In this document: piece by piece, positions 11,041-23,196 of the stretch
Layout: each line of letters starts with the position of its first letter
Numbering within the stretch: position 1 is the stretch's first letter
NCBI GenBank assembly: GCA_029953675.1
Contig: JAMWBK010000005.1
Location: forward strand, 2,914,001-2,978,000
Reading direction: 5' to 3'
Origin: Rhodosorus marinus CCMP1338
Taxonomy: Eukaryota; Plantae; Rhodophyta
Length of the DNA stretch: 64,000 nucleotides
Notes under the pieces: model-generated
What the model saw: the letters and a program-made list of their open reading frames with translations, nothing else
Told to the model about the DNA's origin: nothing
Database searches by the model: none
Position numbers and translations under genes: made by a program

Positions 11041-11603
11041 GGAAACTGAAAGCCCTGGTTTAGGCAAAAAAAAAAGAAACAGCAATAGAGCCATCGGTCT
11101 ATACGATCAACCCTACCTCATATAGATTATAAGAATATGATTCCTTTTTTGCTGAATTTATAAAACGTTATTACGTTGTTTGATGGTATAAACAGTTTCT
11201 CAAACTCTGCACATCCCCAGCCAATCGAAGGACGAGGAAGTAGTACGTAACTTTTATTGAGAAACTAACAACCGCGGGTGGGTGTCCTACGATAGGGAAC
11301 AGGAGTGTCGGATGGCTCATTGCATCAGCATGCCTCATCCATTGATTGAACATCCAATGACTCAATAAGGGCTTCCAATCTTATACTGCATCCCCCCCCC
11401 CCCACCACAAGCACACATATCCGGACTCTTCGTTGGTTTAATCCGTGGTTGAGGTCCCCGAATGAGGCTCTAGCAAGGTCGTAGAGAGCGCGCATGCATG
11501 ACCAGGGCAGCATTACAAGGCAGGGGTAGATAGTTTTCCAGTAAAGCGGGCATCCAGACTCACAAAGTATCACCCTCAATATAAAGTTTGGCTTCAGTTC
11601 GGT

Positions 11604-11818
11604 AGAGAAAAGTAAGTTCCGAACAGAAATTTTTTCAAGGTGCGGCTTTTTTGAAGGCGGGCCTTTTTGATGAGGATGTATTGATGGGAGTTTTTTGCTG
11701 GCCCAGAGAAAGTAAGTTCCCCACAGAAATTTTTTCAAGGTGGGTGCAACGGCTGTTTTCCATGAAGGCGGGCCTTTTTGATGAGGATGTCTTGGTGGGA
11801 GTTTTTTGCTGGCCAGAG
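11604..11818. repeat. Diverged tandem duplication of about 100-115 bp (2 units)
   Basis: The blocks agagaaa(a)gtaagttcc..cagaaattttttcaaggtg and gaaggcgggcctttttgatgaggatgt...gggagttttttgctggcc each occur twice, with units starting at 11604 and 11705. Confidence 0.9.
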
Positions 11819-11904
11819 GGCCTTCTCATCAGCTTTCATTGTTGTTGCAAATGAAAACATCGTTTGAACACTACAATGATGCTCACCACACTGTGAGTTT
11901 GTTA

Positions 11905-11928
11905 CTCTCTCTCTCTCTCTCTCTCTCT
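11905..11928. repeat. (CT)12 microsatellite
   Basis: Read directly. Confidence 0.95.
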
Positions 11929-13104
11929 CGAGAAGTTGTCGCTTCGGGCGTGCTGCGCACTCAGTGTTGGGCCTTTCTTCGTTCCCAGGTATTACTACTG
12001 AACCGCTTCTACTCCCCCACAACCTTGGAGAAAAACCGCACTCTCATGTCATGCACTTCTTCCATGAACCTCATGAAGGAGGCCCCGGACCGTCACAGGC
12101 AGCCGGACTTCTTCTTTTGATTCTCGTACGGAGAAAAATGCTCAGCAGTTTTGAACGTATTTTGAACATCGTTCAAAAACGTTTTATTTAGACACTTTGT
12201 CCTCGAGAGCGAACAAAAAAAAAAGGCGGCTAAAAATAACAAATATTTTGAACCGAAAACTGCTGTGGTTGTGCCGTTCAATGAGGGCGTGGCATTGCAC
12301 GACATACAAAGTGAGCTGGTCTATCAGACTTCATCACTACTCCCGAGAATGGGGTGCACTATTGGGCCAAAAACCTCTCCGCTGAAAGGGCTTAGGATAT
12401 GCACGGGGCGCTGAAATCACCGGGTGTCAAGAGCTTGGGGACTTGGGGCTATCTGCGCTTCGAGAAACAAGCAAGCTTTCTCAACAGACAGAAATTCGGA
12501 TTACTCAATAGTAATAGGGACGATGACGCAACGAATTTTTGGTGCTCGTGCCGTCTAACGCGTGTCATTTGTATCATCCGCGTTTCCGGTCGATTCTCAC
12601 CATCGAGAGCCCTGCGAGGCAGCGACACAAAGAGACGTCCCTGGAGACAGCTGAGCCTGTCCAAGCGATCAAGGAGGCGTACGTATGAACCTCGCTGCCA
12701 CTACGAACATCTCCGGCATTCTGCTTACTGCCGTAAGCCTCAATGCAATTTGTCCTCTATTTTGTTGTTGTGCCATCTTCATGCCCGTCCAGGTGGAAAG
12801 TCAGGCCTCTACTAACTTCATTCACGCGTTCTCGGAGGTTCTGTGTACTGGTGTCGTCTGCAGAGCGCTTTCAAGTCTACATGTCCAATAAGTTCTCCCC
12901 TCCATCAAGCTTGATCAGGACTTAGCGACATGCTGTCCTCTATTCCCCTCCAGCATTGTCAATATGCACTTTACCTGCCTTCTTTCGGTGGTAGGTATAA
13001 GATCCATTTGATGCTCACTCCGTTGTGTCCCTTTGTGAAGGGATAAAAGACCTGGGGGCAGGTGCTCGCCTCAGAATAGGCTCTGTCCCGGTTGAGGGGT
13101 ACCC

Positions 13105-13129
13105 GTAAACTTTACTGGGCAGCTGCTTA
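13105..13129 (-). repeat. Solo copy of the motif found at the 3' end of both RLE retroelement copies
   Basis: The reverse complement reads taagcagctgcccagtaaagtttac, versus taggcaggtgcccagtaaagtttac (1743-1767) and ttggcagttgcccagtaaagtttac (62354-62378). Confidence 0.8.
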
Positions 13130-14480
13130 CTCCCTATCCTCCCCCAAGTCCTAATCGTTCCTAACGATACTTTCCGTTGCTCATATACCGAAACAAGTGG
13201 AGAAAACGTGCATTCCTTTGCAAATATCCTTGAAGAGCGGAAGGGGAAGCCTGGGAAGATCAGCGAACAGGAAGCTCTGACGTGGACATGAAGATATGAT
13301 CAGTACGCTTCCCTTATTGGTTCCGCATCTCGTCAGCTTTGTTGGGCCATGTTAGCTGAAGACATCCATTCAAAGATACAGTCCTACAACGTGGAAGGAA
13401 AATCCTACGACAACGAAAAGGCCCGAAATTGGTTTAGGCCGGACATTTTTCTCTTCCTCAGATGCACGGTATCGTCTCGCTGCGAAAAGAGGTATTCTGG
13501 CTTTGATAGGCTTGACTCGTATCCACCGAGGTGCAAACGAAACGAATCCATCAACTGATCTGCTCGGTCGACATCAAAAACAATTTAAGTTGGAAGCGCT
13601 CAAGGACTTGGTCATATCAGCTTAGATACTCAACCCTAGAGCCAACTTCGGGTTAAGTCGAGTTGCGATGCACCACAGCTTTGTACTGGAGCTCAAATTG
13701 GCGGAAAACACGTTCGAAGAACCCACTCTCATGGCTTATCGTTGATAGGAACGCGACGGATCCTGAAGTTGGAACTCAAAACGTCTAACATTTTTCTTTT
13801 CTGAAGCTTGGAGATCTGTAGGTTGCCGTCTGGATAGATACACAGCTGATACGCTTGCGGATGCCAACGCAAAGTCAACTAATTGATCAACTTGGTCATC
13901 AAAATCAAAACCTCGATCATGCGGGCGCCTTCGCATTGGCTCAGCGAATTCTGATCTGATCAGCTGAGATACCGAAATCCTCGTGGCAAAGTCGGGGGTG
14001 GTGGGGAGTTCCCCTTTTTGCCCGCATCCCTAACTATTAGCTCTGTTTTTTTGTGCAACCTAAAGTCTCCAGCTGCAAGAAGTCTCAATTGACTAGTAAT
14101 AGGTTAACTGATCGAGGACAAACCAGATCGTGCCCCCACCCCGGTCTCGATCTAGAGGCCCATAATATCTCATCAAAGCACGGTACCGAAAAAAGGGCAT
14201 TGCCGCGCAAGAGTGTACGAGGCGAGATCTAATCGGTCCATCCTTAGCTAATCGGAATTCAACCATCAAAAGTATAAAAAAAAAAAGAACAGCAGATCAA
14301 TCTACCACGTCTATATAAAAACCGGGGCGAAGGGGGACATTCATTCAGTCAAATCAATTTGGAATAATGATTGCAACGACAATTGATAAATATCAAAGGT
14401 ATTAATATCAATAGAGACTGCATTCAATCTTTATGGTACACCATATCTCGTAGTTACTTTTATTTTTCTTTTATTATTGA

Positions 14481-14522
14481 TGATGACAAAGCATCACAAT
14501 CAGAAAGCCTGCTTCGGCAGGC
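14481..14522. other. Two adjacent hairpins in an AT-rich spacer: tgatg-acaaag-catca and gcctgc-TTCG-gcaggc (cUUCGg tetraloop)
   Basis: Perfect 6-bp GC-rich stem at 14507-14522 and a 5-bp stem at 14481-14496. Function unknown. Confidence 0.4.
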
Positions 14523-16137
14523 AAAGGGGCACGTTTCAATTTTTTATTGATTTAATTGGACTACGGTGATTTCGCCGCGTCCCTTGACTGATTCTCATTG
14601 GTCAATCCACCGGTCCGCCGATATCAAAAAACGTTATTGATTCGTTTGAATGTTTTTGAACACGTACGTTTTTTTCACTCTGCGATCGCACTAGGGGGTC
14701 CAATCAATACACACTTTTATTGAAGTAGGTAGTCTCAATCTCGTAATCTACGGTCTTTTGAAAAGCCCTACCCACCCTATCCCCCTCACCTCTCTCCCCC
14801 CCTCCCCGCTTTGTTTGATCTAGGCAAAGGATTCTATTCTATTTTTGATATGGTTGATAATTGGTAGTTTTTGATCTGCACTTGTACAGGGAAAGAACCC
14901 CTGCCGTCAAGATACTTCATATATTCAAAATAATTTCGTCTATTAAAACGGAACTTTCCTGATTTTTTTTCAAGTCTTACCCCTTCGTCGCTTGGCAGGG
15001 TCTTTACATTATCGCCACTTACTAGGGGCAAAATATCACAGCGTTTCTCCTGAGTTTAACTAATTTGAAAATAAAAAGCGAGCAAATCAAGATTGCCAGC
15101 ACTATACCATACCCCCCTATTTCGGGCACCTCTGATTAACAGCAACCACGAATATTTTAGCCAAACTGCCACCACCCTCAAAGGAAAAAAAAAAATCCAG
15201 CAACGGAGATCACGTCAAAATGTCCACGGCCAGGAGAACTCTGTTTTTAGATATTTTACGTATTATCTTTTTTCTTCTTTTTTTCAACTGATCGCCCCGG
15301 TTCTATTTCTTCTAGACCAACAATATCTTATTTAATTCCATATTATCTTTAAATTTAGTCCATATATACATTTATTGAAATAATTATTCTGGTATTTGTT
15401 TCATAATTAAGATCCGTTCATTTCCAAAACATGGGTGGTCCATATAGTGTTCGATCCCAATACAAAAAGCGATAGATTATTTTAGCGTAAGGGGGTGGAT
15501 CTATGTTTTTAATATCGACAAGGGAAATTTTGATGGAAAAAATCACTGTTTTTAAGGTTATTTATGTTCTATTGGAATTTTGTATTGGGGGGGTTATGTG
15601 GATTGTTGATATGGGGTTTGGATTTCTTGGTTAATATAGCGATTGGTTTTTTCTCGGGTTTTTTTTGCAGACTTGCTCCATGAACGGTGTAGCTGTTGTC
15701 TTCATAAGTCCAGAAGTGTTCTGGGCATTGCTCAGACGAAGGAGGGTGTGGAGAAGACAGGGAAGGGAGGCTTTAAAGAAGTCGAGAGGGGGGGGGAGGG
15801 GGGGAACAAAGGTTTGTACATTGCAGGGATTTCTTTTTTTTACTTGAGGAGGACTTGGGTACGCTGGTGCTGGTTTGAGTCGCGGTTTAAGACTGGAGGG
15901 TATATAGAGAGATAATTTTTTATTAGAGTCGGAGAGTCGGTCCTGGCTTTTGTTGTGTTCTGAGGGTTGCTTGACCGGTATTCGATGATTAGGTCGAAGC
16001 GTTGGAGTTTGAGTTGCTACTTTTGCTGAGGGAGACCCTTTCTGTAACAGTTATTTTTCATTATTTCATAATAAGTTTATCAATCTAGTTTATATAGTCT
16101 TTCGTAATAGTTTGTTTGTTTGTCTTTGAGAAGAGAG

Positions 16138-17027
16138 ATGGATCGTGAAATTGCTGCTGGTGCATTGGCACAGGGAGCCAACGCAGTAGCGAATTTGAAG
16201 GATCTGACCGGGTCGGCTACAATGAATAACTCGATCATTAATACGGTTATCATGCAACAACAGAAGAGGATTGCTGACCTGGAGAAAGAGTTGATGGATT
16301 CCCGAGCGGAAGTGAAGAAAATTAGATTCTCAGTGAAGGAAAAGGTATGCTGGGCCAAAGTTGTGCTTGCTGTGATGGGCTTCCTTCCCATGCTTTGGTT
16401 TCTAATATCTTTTTCTCGAATGCGGTTTAGGGTGGGACGATGTCTGTAGCGTCTGCGGATAGTAGGGTTGGAGCCGGCGCTGTGTCGTCAATTGGAACAA
16501 AGAGAAAGCACCATTCCAGCAGCAGGTTCCCCGATGCGGTCGGAAATCCACGGTATTGGACTGCTGATGAGCATTCGAGGTTCCTGGTAGCATGTGAGAA
16601 GTTCGGCTCCAGAAATTATGTGGCTATTTCCTCGTTTGTCGGGAGCAGGACTCCGAAACAGGTCAGGACTCATGTGCAAAAGTATGAGGTGCGACTCATG
16701 CGAGAGTCGAACAGCAGACTGCCGTCATTTGGGAACGAACCTTCGGCAGAGAAGGACAGGAGCAATGTTGACAAGGAGCCCGCGAAGAGGGCAGCAATGG
16801 AAAAGGCATCGGTCGGCTCAACTGTTTCCTTTGAAAGCGAGAAAAGGGAAGACAGCCTCGTTCACGACAGAGTATTCGCGTCAGAACACGAAGGCGATGC
16901 GGACAGCATTTGCATGGAAATGCTCGAGGGCGATACACTGACTGGCAAAGTGAAGGGGCTTAGCGATGTCGAGTTCTTGGACGAATGGTTTGTTGATGAC
17001 GATGCGTCCAAGGTTGAAAGTTCTTAG
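16138..17027 (+). CDS. Single-repeat MYB (SHAQKYF-class) transcription factor with N-terminal coiled coil
   Basis: RYWTADEHSRFLVACEKFG...VGSRTPKQVRTHVQKY. Exon 16138-16344 joins 16431-17027 in frame through an 86-nt GT-AG intron. Confidence 0.9.
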
Positions 17028-17488
17028 CATCTTCAACTTGGAGATGCTTCTTCCACTTCGTCCTTCAAATATCATTTGACTTTCGAGTTTTTAAATATTG
17101 ATTCCCACACAATAATAGTTACTATATACGTGCTAAGAGCAAGCGATTACCCGTAAAAACCAAGTACTTAACAACGACAAATGTCCTTTCTGTACACCTA
17201 GCTGTTACAAAGAGTTGTAGAGTTCCCCCGTTCTCACACTAGCCTCCCGCAAATTGCCTATGATCGATCAGCCCTCAGAACGCACATCTTTGTTACCCTG
17301 CAGGCCTGGTAGCTAGCTAGCAACCTAGCTTCTATTGTTGGATTAGCAAGTACTCGGGCTAGCTTCCTACTATCGGAGCCGCGGATCGTTTGCCTCTCGA
17401 GACGCCGGTCCGCAGGACCTAGATATATCTCATTCCGTACTGCCAGGCTAGTTGAGTATCCAGCACGGATGCTCAAGTATAGCAAAAA

Positions 17489-18852
17489 TCATCTTTTCAC
17501 TCTCAGGTCGTAGATCTATCAGGTGCATTTTATCAAAATGGACAGGAGATGGAGGTTTTTTTTTTTTCAGATTCAGTTGTGGAGTAGAAGCGTCAGCTCT
17601 TCAGGAACAAAATTTGCACACCTTGAACGAAGGGGTGGTCTCCCGCGCCTGTATCTTTTGTACATGTTGCGCTTCCTTGTAGAGGGGACTGCCAGCCCCT
17701 GGGTAGCCGTCAGGGATGTGAGATGACATATTGGTTTCTCCGATGCGGTCCGAGTATCTCAGAATAAAGCTCAGGCCAAGCTCCGTGAGTCCAAAGAACT
17801 TGCACTGCGTAGGCTCGTTTGGGTCAACTATCCCAACCACGCACTCCGGCATCATAGCCTGAAATCCCGCGTGGCTCCGCAGTTCGGTTGGACTAGGTTC
17901 TTTGCTTCCATCTACATTGACTACAAGCCAGCCTAGAACAAAGAGGCCTTTGGCTTCCTGCACGCAGCAGGATGGGGTTTGGAGGTAGCAGCTCCCTTTA
18001 GAAACGATCGATGCTCAAGATCTAGATAACCTGCGCGAGAGGTGATGGCCGCATTCCTACCTGAAGCCCTAGTATGTTCATTTCGTCGAGCATTTCACAG
18101 TTGTCCTTTGAGCCACGCTGATGAGGAACCACCAACGCCGCTACCCGGAGCTTCGACGCGTCTTGTCCGATTTCCTCTAGCTTTCCTGCCAATAGCCCGA
18201 TGCTTTGTGCTCCGCTTTGAGTCGTTTCAGAGGACATCCGTTCCAAAACTTGCAGAACGCCCTCTTCAATTTCAAGAGGTCTATTCTGGCTTACCCGAGA
18301 CTGCTTCTCACAGGAGGAAGAGAGCCAGATTCTAAGCCTTCAATCCGCGCAGTGGAGCACTGTTGACAATGAACATATTTCTCTGCTAAACGAAGTACCT
18401 TTGCTACGCTCACGTCCATTGAATCTATCTTTGGCGAAACCTCGATCTGGCCCTTGAGATGTTCCAGTGAGATGAGGCATTTCCCCGTAATCCTCCTCAG
18501 CTCCTTCAACCACTGCTCGTTCTGCGGAAGAGAATACTCCGGGTGGGCAGGTAATGTCCTGTTCGCCACCTGAACACAGCGTATATGAAGGAGTGCACTT
18601 CTCTCCGCATCCCCAGCGCTCATGTACTGCTCAGCCTGCAACAGCGTCTGCTTCAATGTCATACAGTACCGAGCCAAACTCAGCGAAGAGTCCACTGGTA
18701 TCGTCGGACAACGATCGAACAATCGCTGCATGATGGATTCAAACACTCGAAAAAGAACAAAACAAAGACAGCTTTTTCTCTCCCCTGGTGGTCTCCTTGT
18801 CATCAACAGACCCGCTATGGATCCTCCAGTACTCACCGTTCCCACCCTCCAT
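17489..18852 (-). CDS. AMSH/STAMBP-like protein (USP8_dimer/MIT-like domain plus MPN/JAB domain), predicted catalytically inactive
   Basis: N-terminal SLARYCMTLKQTLLQAEQY..GDAERSALLHIR..LPAHPEY; MPN core GLLAGKL..LVVPHQRGSKDNCEMLDE..LFVLGW..FQAMMPECVVGIVDP; C-terminal IYDLR. The JAMM residues are substituted. The first exon is inferred. Confidence 0.8.
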
Positions 18853-21800
18853 CCTACGGAACCTCCATAGGGGCTTTTTCTGGCGCTCTCAGCGATCTGT
18901 AGTTCCGTTGGCGAGTGGAGCCCCGCCCGGCTAATATCAAGGCTATTCGTGAGAAGGATTTATGCTGAGCATTCTGTTCTACTGGCTATACTTGTCAATC
19001 CCAGCGGGTCGAACCACAGGAGCTTTCCGAGCAGCATCCTCTCGATTTTTGAATTATCTTTGAGGGTTTGCGACTGGTTGCTTGCGAGTAACCTGCGAAG
19101 GATGAACTGAAGTTTACTTGCTCCCCCTCGCGCGCTCTGTACTTCTGCAGCAAAATTTACGAGCTGAAGAGCTTGATCTTTATTACTGCCAAAGCTCGTT
19201 TTGAATATACTCGCATCAAGTTGGGGTGGTTCTTTTCACGGCTTGTTGTTCGGACTGAGAATCGGGATGAAAGGCAAACAGAGTATCGTTTGTGATGGTT
19301 TCGAATCTGAGTGCCGAAGTCTACCATGTATATGGCACTGAAACGATCTACACGAACGCTTTGCTGCAAGTACCGTAAGCGACGAAGCCTCGAACGCGCC
19401 GGGTGTGTGTGGAGGGAAGGGGGATCGGAATATAGAAATACTCCAACGAAAACTCAAAAAGAAGAAATTCAGCCTAGCTCTCTGTTATTGGATGGCTTGA
19501 ATCTTGCAAATTTTTTTGCTAAAAGCTTTCACGAACATTGATCGCACTGATCTGTTTCGCCGTGTATCCGAACATATGATTTTACCCTTACGCTGGGCGT
19601 CCTGTGCACCAAGCTCGCAGTCAGCTTCGCCCTCATGCCCTTATTTGGGCTCATACACCCGAAATTCAGGCTTTGTTTTTCCCCTGAATAGGTCACTACG
19701 GACCTCGCGAAGCGTGCCCTTATATCTCTCGCCGTAGCCCACACAACGGAGTGAGGAAAATTTGACCATGGGATAGCCTCTGAAGACTATTCCCCGTCGG
19801 AAGGAGACAAAAGATATCTCCGGGAGCAATATGAACTCGTCGACACTCACAGAATGCACCAGGTGAACCACCAGAGGGCGAAAACTATCCCCATTTGACA
19901 ACGGCCTCAACTAGACTTCTGCTCGGATAACGACACTCAATCCAATGAATTCAGCTATCAATCATTATTAGTGTTCAATCATTTATATCCGACTGGTTTT
20001 TGGGGCCGGAAAATTTAACAAGGACAGTGCAAATGACCTGGGCCCCTAGAATCATTTGTGACCGCTTCATCGAATCAAGGAATACCCCTCCTATTCTCGG
20101 GCAACTTCCATTGCAATTTGGATCTAAAAAGTTTATGATTATGATTAATTGAGATTCTACATTTAATGTTTCCGTGGGAGGGAAGGGGCAGTATTGAGAA
20201 CTTTTCGAAATCTTGTAGAGAAAACTATACCCCGTAGTGGATTGAGTAAGAAGATGATTTTGTTTTGGGAAATAGTTTAGAACATGGATCACTATTTAAT
20301 TTTTTCCCCTTTTTTTGTGCTCAGTTTATTTGTGTTGATTATTAGGTGTTTTTTTACGTTCCTTTGTCAGCAAAAACTTTCCAGAATTTTTGAGCACGTT
20401 TTTGAGAGGCGGGCATTGACTTCGGTCTTAAGAGGTTGAGAGCAGTTCGGATTCACATTTCATGGCATGGTTTGGTGATCAGAAGTTCTCCGAAGCGGAC
20501 TCTAACGTAGAAAGTCGTTTGTTTGTGATGAGCACTGGTGGTGAGCTCTGTGGGCTAGGACTTTGTCATTCCGATATCTGCCACGTGGTAAAGTGAGGAA
20601 CCGAGCCCTTCACTTGCATGTCCGAAAACTCGCGCACTCGCCGTCTCTGCTGGACCCGCCACATGGCATGTGAACAGGAGTTAGAGCGTGGGCCATTACG
20701 AACCACTGCTTCCACGCCGATGCCGATCTGGCATATCATTGCAGCTTACTGCAATGACATGCCAGGATCCGCAGAGTCAACCTCTCCGCACTGCGGGTGC
20801 AGAAGCATCCTGATAACTCAGAAAAGGTTCTCTCAATAGCAAAAACGGGGAGAGGGCAGACCACTCTTTCGACGGCTCGTCTATTTCAACCCTAATAATA
20901 ATAGGAGGAAACCCGCTTTAATTTATCCAACGAAAAACTCCAATCGTCTTATCTTGCAGTCAGAAACCGCAAGCAGAGATAGTGTTACCATCACGATATC
21001 TTCTCTAGTCTCTCTCTACATGAGCCCGTAGTTGATAACAGATAGCATAACCTTGAAAGCAGAGGGGATTCCTTCCTCCCATTTATTCCTCTCCAAGCAA
21101 CTCTGACAGCACTCGAATCTCCAACCAGTCCCGATGCACTCGTCCAACGAGTATTTCTCCTATCAGCTCTCCCTCCCCCTTCCCGAAACCCCTCTTTTCC
21201 CCTTATTTCCTAGTCTACCTTCAGTTTTTGATATATCAAAAATATCAATATTTCAATCGCGAAAAAATATTTCAGCAGTTTTTGTAATGCAGGAAGAGCT
21301 AGTGTTCAATATCAGGACTTGGAACGCTCCATGTGTCCAATAAAAACGCAGGTGTGATTTTTGTTTTCAAAAAACAATATCATTTTGTCAAAATCAAAAA
21401 CCAAAAATGGCTGTTTTTTTTTGGAGAAGAGAGCGCTCCTAAAAAATTAGATGAAAATATGGAAGCTGAGAGTTTCTGCAAGGTGATCGATGGGCGACTC
21501 CTAACCCACCCCCTTCTCACGATTGGAGGGGTACAGTCAATAACTGCCGGCATGAAATCCTTTTATGACTGTCCTAGTTTGTCGGCAATCTAATTCTTGT
21601 TTCTATTCTTTGTTTATGGAAGTGGTTGATTTGTGAGTGGATGGGACACATGTCAGGTTTCGAGACTCTCTTCTCGTATGGACTGTCGAGAGCAGAGCTG
21701 CGCTCCATCGATTAGTGCATTATCTTCATACGATGCTCAACAAGGATCCGGGAGGGCGACGTTCAAGGACCCAGCAGGGGCGTTTGTATTTGAGGCCAGA

Positions 21801-23196
21801 ATAGAAACCAAGACACAGCCACCTGGCGTACTATGACGTATTGGATCGGTGCGGAAAGTTCGGATTTACAACGCTGCGTCTCAAGGATGCCCGCTGATCT
21901 GATAACTCCTGATTTTTTTGAAGAGAGCTGAAAGGTCCAGGTGCGCGACAGGTCGTTTGGTGAAGCCCGTTGAAACAGTGTTCTTTGTTTCTCGTGCCGA
22001 ACAATATACCTCCCTGTTATTCACAAACCACGACTTGTCCAGAAGGTTAAGCCTTTAACGAACACTTCCCACTCCACTGAACTCAACAAACTTGGATACA
22101 AAACCCTCAGTGTATCGCTCCTCTCTCGTAAACCACAACGGGATTCAGTCCACCCGCGATTGATTGACTGTCCCATACCTATTCTTGACATCCGTCGCAA
22201 TATTTATCAAAATACAAGTCATTTACCTCGTCAGAAACGTAAACGACATACCTCATCCTCATCGAAAATCCTTTTCAGTAAAGAAAAAACAAGCCTGTCC
22301 AAAAAACAGAACTTACAAGATGGGCGTTGCAGGGGAAGGGGGGGGGTTAAAAAGTTCCAATCCTAAATATCGGAATTTTCTTTTGCTAAAAATGTACTAC
22401 ACCAATCGATGGAACCCTTAAATTTTCATCCTCTACAAAATGTTTTTTACATAAAACACAATTCAGCTAGACAGGAAAACGCACAAAGTATGGAAAGCGA
22501 TAGAGCAAGAAGAGCTGACGGACATTGCGGTCTAGACTGGTAACTCATTTTTTACCCCCATCCCCCTCCTTTTCTCCAACGACCACTTCCAATTCTCGTA
22601 TTTTAGTATTGTTCGAATTGTTTTTTTCCGGAAGTGGAAAAAGACGCGGGGGGGTTGGTGATTTGGAGTTTACTCTCTGGTTACGGAGGCAAAGAGAAAT
22701 TTCTGTTTTGGGGGAAGGAGGGGTGGGAGTGAGTGAGGAGGAAAGGAGGGGGGGGGGGAGCGTTTTTATAGGGGTACTTTGAGAGGATGTTTAGAGTGCC
22801 GTGAGGGAAGGAGGAGCTTTAAAACGTGTGTTTAACTGCATACATACACATCCATGTAAGGATTAGTATTTGCTGAAAGCTTTTTTGGGGAGGGCGGGGA
22901 AAGAGGCGCTGCTGGATTTGGATGGTTTTTTTTGGAAGGGGCGTTGATTTGGTTAGAGATGGTATTTTGGGCCTGGCGAGGTTTAAGAGGGTTGGTGTGA
23001 GGAATGGGGAGATGTTGGTATTCTGGGTGATGGTGTGGTTGGGCATGTGAGGGGTGAAGGGCTGTGCACGTGTTTTTTTTTGTTTTGTTGGAGGTTGAGA
23101 GGGGTAGAGGCGCAGCGGGGCACGGGTTTCGGTACATGAGCATGTTACCATAGAGGGAGAGACGGAAGGGAAGGGTTGAGGGTGTATAGAATCTAG

